Below are positions 1-8,846 of a DNA stretch of 38,146 nucleotides, piece after piece. The number at the start of each line of letters is the position of its first letter. Position 1 is the stretch's first letter. Below the pieces are notes generated by a model. That model was not told where the DNA came from. It worked only from the letters and a program-made list of their open reading frames with translations, and ran no database searches. The position numbers and the translations under genes are program-made. This DNA comes from Chthonomonadales bacterium. GTDB taxonomy: Bacteria; Armatimonadota; Chthonomonadetes; Chthonomonadales; Chthonomonadaceae. Where the stretch lies: positions 1 to 38,146 of the forward strand of contig JBBQPO010000019.1 in assembly GCA_038217285.1 (NCBI GenBank). Reading direction: 5' to 3'.

Positions 1-162
1 TGCGACTACCGCTAGAAATCAGACAACGCCGTCAGTCGAAAAATCCTGCGATCGGTTTTTAAATTGATCGGCAGACACTATAGGTAGCGAAATCTTCGGC
101 CCGACCCTGCCTGTAGGGGCAAATATGCCTGTGTAGTAACGGCCTGTTTCTATTTATGAGCC

Positions 163-202
163 GAAACTCCTGCGTACCGTCGTCAAGGGTACGGCAGGTT
201 TC
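163..202 (-). terminator. Imperfect hairpin just downstream of the 207..1112 stop; probable terminator
   Basis: GAAA/TTTC, CCTGC/GCAGG and GTACC/GGTAC arms 4 bp past the stop codon; only a short U-tract. Confidence 0.4.
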
Positions 203-206
203 CGCT

Positions 207-1112
207 CTATTCGATCAGCGTCGTGCCGAGGGTGATGGTGGTGTTGACCGTCATGCTGCCCGGAACGGAAGGACGCGGGGGGCCTCCCACTTTCGGCGCG
301 GGCGTTTTCGAAGCGGTGTTGGTGATCTTCATCGCCATGGTGCCGTTGCCGGTGGAGCGGATCAGGCGGCCTGCGGGCAGGTCGATATCGTTGTCCACGT
401 TCATGACGACGTTGCCCGACATGGTCATTATCGCAGCGGCGGCGGACTGCGTCGGCGCATTGTTGGCGTCAACCATCATCTTGACAGGGATCGTCAACAG
501 ATAGTGCAGCAGGGCTGTCTTGTGCTTACCGACCGTTTCGACCTTGACGAACTGACCTTTGACCGTTCCAGTGCCCATGCCGGGCATGACGAGACTGGTG
601 GACCAGGTATCGCCAGGCTTGACCGCTTTCTCCGGCAGGGGAACCTGCTGGGTGCCGAGCGAGTTGGAGCCGAGCATACTGTTGAACATGCTCGGCGCGC
701 CGCTTCCCAGAGTTCCTTTCGTCGCCGTAACGGCCCCCCGAGAATTCATGACGAGCAGCACCGGCTTCGGCATCGTCGCTGGTCCCTGGCCTGCCCCGCC
801 CTGGATATTCAGTGTCGAAACGAGCACCTCCGCGCTGCCGTTCGGAAGCAGTTTGCTGGTCTTGAACTGCTGGCTCACGGACGTCTGCTGAAGCGGCATC
901 GATCCGCCCTGGGCGCCCTTCCGCACACCCGCTCCTGCCAGCGTGATCGCCATATTGGTCTGGTACTTACTGATCTCTCCCACCCGATACTTCATGCGCA
1001 GGGTCAGGGCCCCGCTTCCGCCCTGGCCTGCCAGAGCGACGAGCGGGAGGGCCGTCAGCAGCACGCCTGCCGCCAGTCGGGGCAAGGTGCGGCGATGCGA
1101 TGAACAGGTCAT
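207..1112 (-). CDS. Exported beta-rich hypothetical protein (DUF6263-like)
   Basis: Signal peptide; LRMKYRVGEISKY and LPEKAVKPGDTW motifs; RBS AAGGAG; ATG overlaps the upstream TAA (TAATG). Confidence 0.75.
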   Translation of the reverse strand: MTCSSHRRTLPRLAAGVLLTALPLVALAGQGGSGALTLRMKYRVGEISKYQTNMAITLAGAGVRKGAQGGSMPLQQTSVSQQFKTSKLLPNGSAEVLVSTLNIQGGAGQGPATMPKPVLLVMNSRGAVTATKGTLGSGAPSMFNSMLGSNSLGTQQVPLPEKAVKPGDTWSTSLVMPGMGTGTVKGQFVKVETVGKHKTALLHYLLTIPVKMMVDANNAPTQSAAAAIMTMSGNVVMNVDNDIDLPAGRLIRSTGNGTMAMKITNTASKTPAPKVGGPPRPSVPGSMTVNTTITLGTTLIE

Positions 1113-2167
1113 TATGGTTTCTCCTTGGCGCCGAGGGTGGCGGCTGCGGTTTTCGGGGTGGACTTCTCCGCCTTTACCACGAGTCGGGCCTTGACGTCGA
1201 TATTGGTTTCGGATGTTTTGCCGGGTGCGGCCGGGTCCGGAAGGACGCGCTTGAGCAGGGCGACCATGTTCAGACGGCTCTCCGTGACCTGCACAGCGGT
1301 GCCTGCCGGGGTTTTGACTGCGGCGAAAAGGACGCGGCCTTCGGCGGTCACTTTGCCGGTCAGCGCGCCGACCTGATCGGCGGCCTTTTCGGTCGAATTG
1401 CCCTCTTTGTCCAGCTTGTTATCCACGACCGTCTGGGCGCTCTGGGTGACCACCAGGGCGTTGAGTTTGCCGGGAACCGCCTTCTCCAGGGTCGCGGTAT
1501 AGGTGGTCGCGCCGGGTTTGTGTCCGAGCACACCGTCCTCGAACGTCCAGGCCTCGGCGGGCTTGACGGTTCTGTTCGGGAAGACGACCGGAAGAATAGT
1601 CAGGAACATTTTGCGCAGATCGAAGCCGATATCGACTTTGATCGGATTGTTGTCCCCACCGCTGACAGTCGCGACGGCGCCACTCGGCTGGATGATCGCC
1701 GTGACGTTCAGCGCGTTCTGTATCTGTTCCAGAGAGACGGGCACCGGGATCTTGTCGTCCTCTTTCACGAGGACATCCGGGCCGGGGTCTTTCTCCAGCA
1801 GGTAGACTTCGGCGTTCTCCGCGACGAACTCGACCTCCGCGCCTTTGGCGTCCACCTTCCGAACCGTCATCACATAGAGGATATCGGCCTCCAGATTGGC
1901 AGGGGGATTGCCTTCGAGTGCGATGGGAGGGAAATGTCCGACGAAGAAAGCGGCCAGCTTATAGCGGCGCTTGTCGCCGACTTTGAAGTTGTAGGTCAGA
2001 CGATCGGCAGCGGTATCAAGGGCGCGGGCTTTCACGGCGGCGGGCGGTTTTGGCTTGTGAGGCGGGTCTGCGCCTGCGAATCCGCTGAGAAGCAGGGCGC
2101 CGGCGGAAATGAACAACGCGCCTGTCTTTCGTAAGTTAAGACGACGCGTGATGGGCTGTCTGGGCAA
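1112..2167 (-). CDS. Exported hypothetical protein, distant paralogue of 207..1112
   Basis: TTG start with AGGAGG RBS; signal peptide; LTYNFKVGDKRRY and FPNRTVKPAEAW motifs parallel the neighbour. Confidence 0.75.
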   Translation of the reverse strand: MPRQPITRRLNLRKTGALFISAGALLLSGFAGADPPHKPKPPAAVKARALDTAADRLTYNFKVGDKRRYKLAAFFVGHFPPIALEGNPPANLEADILYVMTVRKVDAKGAEVEFVAENAEVYLLEKDPGPDVLVKEDDKIPVPVSLEQIQNALNVTAIIQPSGAVATVSGGDNNPIKVDIGFDLRKMFLTILPVVFPNRTVKPAEAWTFEDGVLGHKPGATTYTATLEKAVPGKLNALVVTQSAQTVVDNKLDKEGNSTEKAADQVGALTGKVTAEGRVLFAAVKTPAGTAVQVTESRLNMVALLKRVLPDPAAPGKTSETNIDVKARLVVKAEKSTPKTAAATLGAKEKP

Positions 2168-2256
2168 CGAAATTGATCCTCCTGAGTTGGGCTCATTCTA
2201 CCTTACGTAACTTGTGGTGTCAATTGCACAACGCTCCCTCGGCCCATCGAAGACAA

Positions 2257-2283
2257 GGAGGAATTTCGTCTACCGAAACGAAT
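2257..2283 (+). promoter_or_regulatory. SigH-like promoter (AGGA-N17-GAAT) for xerD
   Basis: GGAGGAATT-N11-AACGAAT matches the Bacillus sigma-H consensus; ends 8 nt before the ATG, which has no strong RBS. Confidence 0.5.
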
Positions 2284-2291
2284 AGTAGGGC

Positions 2292-3275
2292 ATGAGCGAA
2301 CTACAGACACATATCGACAGATTTTTGGTATACGTGGATGCCGAACGCGGCATGTCCCCGAATACGGTCATGGCCTACAAGACGGACATGGAGCAGTTTG
2401 TCTTGACGGCGTTGCAGCGCGGGGTGCGGGAGGCCGAAGAGCTGCTGGAGAGCCATGTGCTCGCCTATATCGCGCAGTTGCAGGAGCGCGGCATCTGCGA
2501 AAACAGCATCGCGCGCAAGGTCGGTACGGTCCACACCTTCGCCAAGTATCTGGTCATCGAGGGAGTTCGGAAAGACGACTTTATGGCAGGGATGGAGGGG
2601 CGCAAGCGCACCCGCCGCCTGCCGCATACGCTCTCGGTCGCCAAAGTGAAACGCCTGCTCAACCAGCCAGACCCCGGCAACCCGCGCTCGCTGCGGGATA
2701 AGGCCGTCTGTGAGATGCTCTATGCCACGGGCCTGCGTGTCTCCGAGTTGACGGGCCTGACGATCGACGACCTGGATCTACAGGGGATGACGGTGCGTTG
2801 CTTCGGCAAGGGGCGCAAAGAGCGCATCGTGCCGGTCGGCAAAGTGGCCTGCGACTATGTGACCCTCTACCTCGAACAGCGCAAACGCATTGTCACCCAC
2901 GGTGCGGAATCGGGATCGCCTTCTTCACCGACGCCGAAACGGCCCGGCAAACGCGCGGCGCGCGATCTGCCGCCGACCGTCGAGGAGGCCCGCAGTCCCT
3001 TCCTGTTTCCCGCCCCGGATGGGGGCCGCATCGTCCGAAACGAGATACGCCGCATCGTGAAATCGTATGCGGAACAGGCGGAACTGGACGAAAACGTCAC
3101 GCCGCATGTACTGCGCCACTCCTTTGCCTCTCATCTCCTGGCGCACGGAGCCGATCTTCGCACCATCCAGGAGATGCTCGGACACTCCTCCATCACCACC
3201 ACGGAAGTCTACACGCACGTCACCAACGACCGCCTCAAAGACATCTACCGGAAAGCCCATCCCCGCGCGACCTGA
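2292..3275 (+). CDS. xerD: Tyrosine recombinase XerD-like
   Basis: N-terminal SAM-like region; catalytic residues intact: TGLRVSE, GKGRKER, HVLRHSFA, LGH, TEVYTHV; C-terminal HPRA. Confidence 0.88.
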   Translation: MSELQTHIDRFLVYVDAERGMSPNTVMAYKTDMEQFVLTALQRGVREAEELLESHVLAYIAQLQERGICENSIARKVGTVHTFAKYLVIEGVRKDDFMAGMEGRKRTRRLPHTLSVAKVKRLLNQPDPGNPRSLRDKAVCEMLYATGLRVSELTGLTIDDLDLQGMTVRCFGKGRKERIVPVGKVACDYVTLYLEQRKRIVTHGAESGSPSSPTPKRPGKRAARDLPPTVEEARSPFLFPAPDGGRIVRNEIRRIVKSYAEQAELDENVTPHVLRHSFASHLLAHGADLRTIQEMLGHSSITTTEVYTHVTNDRLKDIYRKAHPRAT

Positions 3276-3323
3276 AGTCCGCACCACCCGCGAAAACGCG
3301 CCCCGCTGAAGCCGTCCGTGCCT

Positions 3324-3520
3324 TTACGGAAGCTTCGCCGAAACCGCCGAACCGCCGATCTGCTGCAGGGCCGTGTGGAGGTCCAGCACCTTCCACGATC
3401 TTGCCTTCCCGCCAGCGGACGAAGCTCCTCACGGCGAACTTCACGCGCTTGTGCGTGGCGGGCATCCCGAATATCCCAACCGGTTTCACGAGTACAGGAG
3501 GCCCAGCGGATATCGAGTCC
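3324..3520 (-). pseudogene. Frameshifted C-terminal fragment of a SnoaL-like ester cyclase
   Basis: Three minus frames join to IRWASCTRETG / GIFGMPATHKRVKFAVRSFVRWREGKIVE / VLDLHTALQQIGG..stop at 3324-3326, matching RW..GTH.G..G.PATG..V..GKIVE.W..D..QQ.G. Confidence 0.6.
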
Positions 3521-3553
3521 GGTGAGCCTGCATCGCCTCAAGTATACCGTGTC

Positions 3554-4372
3554 TCACGGAGTGAGAACGAGTTGCATACTTGCTTTGGCATGAGCATTCT
3601 GAGGCGAGACAACGCTGACGATCACATGTAGCGTTGTTCTCGAAACGTTGGTCAACTCGAATTTTCCGATGATCTCGGTTGACTTCACTGTTTGGGGAAC
3701 TGGGGTCATTGCGTCTTTGCCTCGCAGAACCTGATAGAGATCACCGAAATGGTTGCCGTTTATATCCGTGTAGGTGACGTTAAGGTTGTAGCTGCTGCCG
3801 TAAATTTTGTGAACCCTCCACCGTAATGTCACCTTATTGTTCTCTATCTTCAGTATTGTCAGCTTTCGAGGATAGGGCGATATGGCCTCCGCAATCTGCT
3901 TATAAGACACCACCTCATTCTGCAGAAAAATCGTCGCAGCCGCATCGCTATAAAACGAGACGTCGACCGTTGTTCCGAGGTCCACCGGTGCCGCATGCTG
4001 ATAATCCACTCCGAAAAGCAGCGGTTCATCCACCGTGGCCGGATCGAAAGTAAGCTTTAAAACACCGTTGGCGTCGGATCCTTGAATTTTAAAGTCAGCG
4101 TTGAGGCTTTTGGCATAGACCGTAGTAGGCACGGTAATCTCCGGCGCATTCACTACGACGCTAAACGTTGTTACCGTTGCATCGAGCGGTCCGGCGGCGG
4201 CTTGTGGAACGGATGTCGGCATTTTGATCGGCTGCCCGATGTTCTTAATGTCTACATCGCCTGCAGGAAGAAAGACAATCATGCCTTTCTTTGCGACGTC
4301 CTTAAGACGTCGGCGCAACGTTTCTTCTAACTCACGGTCGGCCGTTTGTTCAGGGGTCAGGGAATCCGACAT
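3554..4372 (-). CDS. Hypothetical protein (272 aa), lower GC, beta-rich C-terminal part
   Basis: ATG at 4372 preceded by GAGGAG; long ORF in AT-richer DNA; no signal peptide or recognisable motif. Confidence 0.75.
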   Translation of the reverse strand: MSDSLTPEQTADRELEETLRRRLKDVAKKGMIVFLPAGDVDIKNIGQPIKMPTSVPQAAAGPLDATVTTFSVVVNAPEITVPTTVYAKSLNADFKIQGSDANGVLKLTFDPATVDEPLLFGVDYQHAAPVDLGTTVDVSFYSDAAATIFLQNEVVSYKQIAEAISPYPRKLTILKIENNKVTLRWRVHKIYGSSYNLNVTYTDINGNHFGDLYQVLRGKDAMTPVPQTVKSTEIIGKFELTNVSRTTLHVIVSVVSPQNAHAKASMQLVLTP

Positions 4373-4469
4373 TTTTCTTCTCCTCAGTGAAAGCGTAGAG
4401 TATGGTGCTAAGCTGAGTGCCGAGGTGCCTAAGGCAGTCACATTATCTTAACACGGCCTGATCAGACTG

Positions 4470-7274
4470 TCAAACATAATCTTCACAGGCATAATTCAAT
4501 GTCTCTTCGATGCTACGCGCCGTTGCGGCATCACAGGCGTCTGCAAATGCCGATCCTTCCATCAGAAGGCGCAGTTCATCGAGATGGGTTGTGTATTCTT
4601 TGCGCTCGGCAGGCGGATACGGAATGTCTATCGAGGCCAAGACCACCTCCGTTGCGATCCACAACTGCGTTGCGCGCGGCAGATCGCTCTGGCTTTGGGC
4701 GATTTTGGCGAGGGTCGACAGCGGGTAGATCGTGTCACCGACATCACCAAGTTCCTGCCGCCGCCGTAGATTCTGAACAAGCAGCGCATGCGCCGTCCTG
4801 TTGTTGCCCATACGATGTAAGACCTCCGCCAGATTGCCCTCCGCGACGGCGATGTAGGTGGGCAGTCCCAGGCACAGGAGTTGGGTAAGACCCTCTTCCA
4901 GAAGGGCACGGGCTGTCGGATAGTCCTCCTGACGCATGGCGAGGGTGCCCAGATTGTTGGACGCGCCAGCGATATTGGCGATATCACCGAGTTCGCGAAA
5001 AATCTGTAATGCGCCTTCCCAAAATTTTCGGGCGCCGACGTCGTCTTCTTGCGCGGCACAAATATTGCCCATATTATTCAGGGCTGTCGCCAGTCCACCC
5101 CGATCAGAGACCGAATCGAGAAGGGCAGCACTCTCCTCGAAGAACGTGAACGCCGTCGCGTAATCAGTTTGGTCCTGTTCGAGCAACGCGCGATTGATAA
5201 GAGCGTGCCCGATGCCGCGTTCGTCACCGTGTTCACGCAGCAGACTCAGACTCTCTTCCAGGTGTTGCCGCGCCGTAGCATGTTCGCCCATTTCCCAGAG
5301 CAGCACGCCGAGCGCATCGTGCGCTCTCGCGCGAGCACGAGACGAGGTGCCGGGCGAGCGCTCGAGCGCGCCCCGCAGCCACGCGCGGCCCTCCGTGTAG
5401 AACCCGCGCCGCCGCCAGTAGCCGCCGAGCGCACCAGCCAGGCGCAGGCGAGTCTGGGCGTCGACGGCGAGTTTGAGGGCGCTGCGAAAGTTGTCCTGCT
5501 CGGCGTCGAGGCGGCGGAGCAGTCTGGCCTGGTCGCGGCTCGAGAGAAGCGGTTCGATCTCTTCCGCAAGGCCGGTGAAGAAGGAGATGTACCGGGCTTC
5601 GAGCGCGTCGGTGGGTTCGGCGTCCTCCAGCTTCTTGCGGGCATATTCGCGCACGGTTTCGAGCAGGCGGTACCGGTACGATTCGGCGTTGTCGCCAGCT
5701 TCGACGACCATTAGCGAGGCAGTCTCCAGCGCGGAGAGCAGGTTGAACACCTCCATCACGTCGAGGGTTTCGTCCGCACAGACCGCTTCCGCCGCCTCCA
5801 TCGTCCAGCCGCCCGCGAAGACCGAGAGCCTGCACAGCAGTACACGCTCCGGCTCGGAGAGCAGGTTGTAGCTCCATTGGATGAGCGCTTCGAGGGTCTG
5901 GTGGCGTGGCGCGCCGGTCACGGGGCCGGAGGGCAGGACCCGGAAATCCTTCTCCAGACGGTCGGCGATCTGTCGCACGGGCAGCATGGTGACGCGCGCC
6001 GCAGCGAGCTCGACCGCGAAGGGCATCGCGTCGAGGCGGCGGCAGATGCGCACCACGTCGGGCGCATTTTCCGGCGTGAGCGCGAAGCCGGGCGAGACGT
6101 GGGCCGCGCGATCGGCGAAGAGCCGCACCGCCTCCGTGCGCGCCGTCTGCTGGAAATCGGTCACCGGGTCCGGCAGGTTCAGCGACGGCACACGCCACTG
6201 CCTCTCGCCGCCGACCTGCAACAGTGTACGGCTCGTCGCCAGAATGCGGATCGAAGGGCAGGCCCGCAGCAGCGCCTCGGCAAGGCGCGCGCACGCCTTT
6301 GAGAGATGTTCGCAGTTGTCCAGCAGAATCAGCAGAGATCTGGCCTGTAGATGCTCGGTCAGCGCGACCATCAGGGAGGCTTCGGCGGTGCTGCCGCCGC
6401 CCGCCGCCGCCACCAACGCCCTCTCGCGAACGCCGAGGGCCGTGGCGACAGCCTGGGGCACCAACTCGGGCTTTTCGAGCGGCGCGAGTTCGACGAACCA
6501 GACGCCATCCGAGTATTCCTCCAGCATCTCCGCCGCGACCTGGAGCGCCAGACGGGTCTTGCCGGTTCCTCCGACTCCCGTGAGGGTCAGCAGGCGGGTC
6601 GTCGGCACCAGAGCCCGCAGCTCGGCGATTTCGTGCTCTCGGCCGATAAAGCTGGTGAGTTGAAGCGGCAGATTGTTGGGCTGCGTGTTGAGCGACCGGA
6701 GCGGGGGAAACTCGGCGGGTAGGTCGGGATGGAGCAGTTGAAAGACCTGTTCGGGGCGCTGGAGATCCTTCAGACGGTGCACCCCCTGGTCGCGCAGGGA
6801 GAAGGGCGCGGACAGGCTGTCGCGCACGAGTTCGGCCGTCGTCTGCGACACGATGGTCTGCCCTCCGTGCGTGATCGAGCGGAGGCGCGCGCAGCGGTTC
6901 ACGGCCGGGCCGAAATAGTCGTTCTCGCGCAGTTGCGCCTCGCCGGAGTGCAGGCCGATGCGCACGTGGAGGTGCAGCGGTTCGGGCCAGGATTCGGCCC
7001 GGAAGGCGAGTTGGAGCGCCCCTGCCGCTTCCACCGCGTCGGACGCGCGCGCGAAGACGATGAAGAGGCTGTCGCCCTCCCCACGATGCTTGACAAGGAG
7101 CCCGTGATGGGACGTGACGATCTCGGCCGCGAGCGTGTCGTGGCGCTGCACAGCGGCCAGCATCGCCTCCGGGTCCTTCTCCCCCATCGCCGAGCTGCCC
7201 TCGATGTCCGTGAAGAGAAATGTGACCGTGCCGGTCGGCCAGGGCGGAGCGGGAATTGGCGGGATCTGGGACAT
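4470..7274 (-). CDS. Class III adenylate/guanylate cyclase - STAND (NB-ARC-like) ATPase - TPR protein
   Basis: FTDIEGS, GEGDS, DYFGPAVNRCARL cyclase motifs; Walker A GVGGTGKT; Walker B LLDNCEH; TPR-like repeats (ALNNMG, ASNNLG); RBS AAGGAG before the ATG at 7274. Confidence 0.92.
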   Translation of the reverse strand: MSQIPPIPAPPWPTGTVTFLFTDIEGSSAMGEKDPEAMLAAVQRHDTLAAEIVTSHHGLLVKHRGEGDSLFIVFARASDAVEAAGALQLAFRAESWPEPLHLHVRIGLHSGEAQLRENDYFGPAVNRCARLRSITHGGQTIVSQTTAELVRDSLSAPFSLRDQGVHRLKDLQRPEQVFQLLHPDLPAEFPPLRSLNTQPNNLPLQLTSFIGREHEIAELRALVPTTRLLTLTGVGGTGKTRLALQVAAEMLEEYSDGVWFVELAPLEKPELVPQAVATALGVRERALVAAAGGGSTAEASLMVALTEHLQARSLLILLDNCEHLSKACARLAEALLRACPSIRILATSRTLLQVGGERQWRVPSLNLPDPVTDFQQTARTEAVRLFADRAAHVSPGFALTPENAPDVVRICRRLDAMPFAVELAAARVTMLPVRQIADRLEKDFRVLPSGPVTGAPRHQTLEALIQWSYNLLSEPERVLLCRLSVFAGGWTMEAAEAVCADETLDVMEVFNLLSALETASLMVVEAGDNAESYRYRLLETVREYARKKLEDAEPTDALEARYISFFTGLAEEIEPLLSSRDQARLLRRLDAEQDNFRSALKLAVDAQTRLRLAGALGGYWRRRGFYTEGRAWLRGALERSPGTSSRARARAHDALGVLLWEMGEHATARQHLEESLSLLREHGDERGIGHALINRALLEQDQTDYATAFTFFEESAALLDSVSDRGGLATALNNMGNICAAQEDDVGARKFWEGALQIFRELGDIANIAGASNNLGTLAMRQEDYPTARALLEEGLTQLLCLGLPTYIAVAEGNLAEVLHRMGNNRTAHALLVQNLRRRQELGDVGDTIYPLSTLAKIAQSQSDLPRATQLWIATEVVLASIDIPYPPAERKEYTTHLDELRLLMEGSAFADACDAATARSIEETLNYACEDYV

Positions 7275-7297
7275 AGGGATTCTCCTTGCCTGTACCC

Positions 7298-7470
7298 CTG
7301 CGAAGACACCAGAGAAAGTCAACTACCCCCGCCTAAAGTCGGGGGCTTGTCCCTACGCGGAGACCGAGGTCTCTTTGCGGAACATTAGGCAGGCTGACAG
7401 TTCTGCCCGTGCCTTCAAGTTGAGAGCAGCATTCACATCCGCATTCAACTTCAGGCCACAACAGAGGCAT
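7298..7470 (-). ncRNA. Predicted omegaRNA (reRNA) overlapping the tnpB 3' end, with guide 7317-7298; 5' end approximate
   Basis: Expected position for TnpB guide RNAs; right-end hairpin visible; 5' boundary cannot be determined by eye. Confidence 0.55.
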
Positions 7471-8593
7471 TCAAACCTCTCTTGACTCTTGCGATTGCCG
7501 CGTTCACAGTGACCACAACCAGAACAAGTCTGACTGCTGTAGCGTGGATCGACCTCAAAAAGAGGCACCCCTGCTCTCTGGCATTTGTAGGCGACGAAGA
7601 GTTTGAGTTGATGGAATGCCCAATGGTTGAGTTCGGTTCGCATCGCCCGATTAAAACCGTTCCCTCTCCCTCGAATCCCTGTCAGGGTTTCGAGGGCAAG
7701 TGCCTTCTGTCGGATGAGCGCGAGTTGAACCAGTTTCTTGCTGATAACATGGTTGACATCTCGGACGAAACGGCTCTCTTTCCTTCGAGCCTTCTGGAGA
7801 TGCTTTCGGGCAGAGCGAGTCTTACGAGGTTGGAGAAGTTTGCGCAGTCTGGCACACTTCTTCCTGACCTTGCGAACAGGCTCTCCCGAATATTGATGAC
7901 CTTCGCTGTCGGTAGCGATCTGAACGATACCCAGATCAACACCGATCACACCTTGAGAATCAAAGAGGGGCTGTTCCTGCACCTGAACAGGGACATTGAG
8001 ATAGAACTCTCCGTCTCGGTAAATCAGATCGGATTGGCCCTTCTTGCCCTGGAGGAGTTCCTTTTGCCAGAGGGAGCAGAGAAAGCCAATCTTGAAGCGA
8101 CCTTGCAGTGTGTTGAGGCTGATGACCTGATCTTCGACATACCAGGTGAGGAGGTCTTTGTCGAGTTCGATAGCCCCAGCAGTGCGGAAGGTGCGACAGA
8201 CTTTCTTATCGAGTTTGTAGGACTGTACGACTTTGGAGATAGCGCGGATGATGTGATTAGCGTTCAGTCCTGTGTCTGCCTTCATGCCGTGATACACCAA
8301 CTTCTGCAACGGAAATTTTCGGAACTCTTTTGTCTCGAAAGCGACCTTGCTGATCTGGTCGGCAGCAGCATTGCAGACACGCATCGTTTCACACAAAGCG
8401 GTCTTTTGTGAGAGATCGGTTCTCAGTTTTATCTGAACGGTTGTCTGCATATTGTTCAATACTACTGTACCCAAACGGGAACAAGAAAGGAAAGATAAGG
8501 AGAGAATTGCAAAGCCTCGCCTGCGGCTCGTTTCGCAACAGGATGACAATTCCCCTGTCGCCTAATGACGCCAGCCCCCTTGTCATATTCTCT
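7318..8593 (-). mobile_element. IS200/IS605-family TnpB-only (IS1341-like) insertion sequence
   Basis: Right end CAAG-hairpin(7326-7345)-TAGTTGAC; left end hairpin 8555-8574 with GGGG at +16..+19 after flanking CCAC; contains tnpB, no tnpA. Confidence 0.8.
7353..8450 (-). CDS. tnpB: RNA-guided endonuclease TnpB (365 aa)
   Basis: RuvC-I GVDLG, RuvC-II LALETL, zinc finger CSGC..CLCC, RuvC-III NADVNAALN; start taken at MQTTVQIKL. Confidence 0.95.
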   Translation of the reverse strand: MQTTVQIKLRTDLSQKTALCETMRVCNAAADQISKVAFETKEFRKFPLQKLVYHGMKADTGLNANHIIRAISKVVQSYKLDKKVCRTFRTAGAIELDKDLLTWYVEDQVISLNTLQGRFKIGFLCSLWQKELLQGKKGQSDLIYRDGEFYLNVPVQVQEQPLFDSQGVIGVDLGIVQIATDSEGHQYSGEPVRKVRKKCARLRKLLQPRKTRSARKHLQKARRKESRFVRDVNHVISKKLVQLALIRQKALALETLTGIRGRGNGFNRAMRTELNHWAFHQLKLFVAYKCQRAGVPLFEVDPRYSSQTCSGCGHCERGNRKSQERFECLCCGLKLNADVNAALNLKARAELSACLMFRKETSVSA

Positions 8594-8846
8594 GTGGACT
8601 GATACGCGAAATCGCCTTCCTTACCGTTCCACTGCTCTCTATACGTTGCATATGAAGAGCACGTTGCCCACGGAGGGCCGAATCTCCTGCCAGCGTGCCA
8701 GCGGCAGCTCCCGTCAATCGACACTGCACCCCGTGAAGGGGAAGATGTTCTTCGTTCAGACAGGATAACGGCCCCAATCTCTCGAACACAATCCTGACGC
8801 TAGGAAGCGGTCGCAGACGAGGGATGGGAGAAAGGCAGGAAGCGGG

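Noticed and set aside
7353..8450. TnpB as a nuclease-dead repressor (TldR) or a Cas12 effector
   Set aside because: All three RuvC acidic residues are present, IS ends are intact, and there is no CRISPR array
8582..8594. Alternative IS left boundary at 8581 with TGAC as target, which would rebuild a CAGAGAA-N7-TTCTCTG palindrome at the empty site
   Set aside because: That ATGACAA pairs with TTGTCAT as the outer stem of the left-end structure, and the GGGG guide at +16..+19 predicts CCAC. The 7-bp complementarity is probably chance.
2292..8846. xerD as the integrase of a genomic island
   Set aside because: The sequence is XerD-like with host-like GC; no att repeats or tRNA seen
8594..8846. 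Short ORFs (8583..8789 -, 8565..8768 +) in the IS-TfoX spacer
   Set aside because: No RBS or recognisable motif; more likely a divergent promoter region
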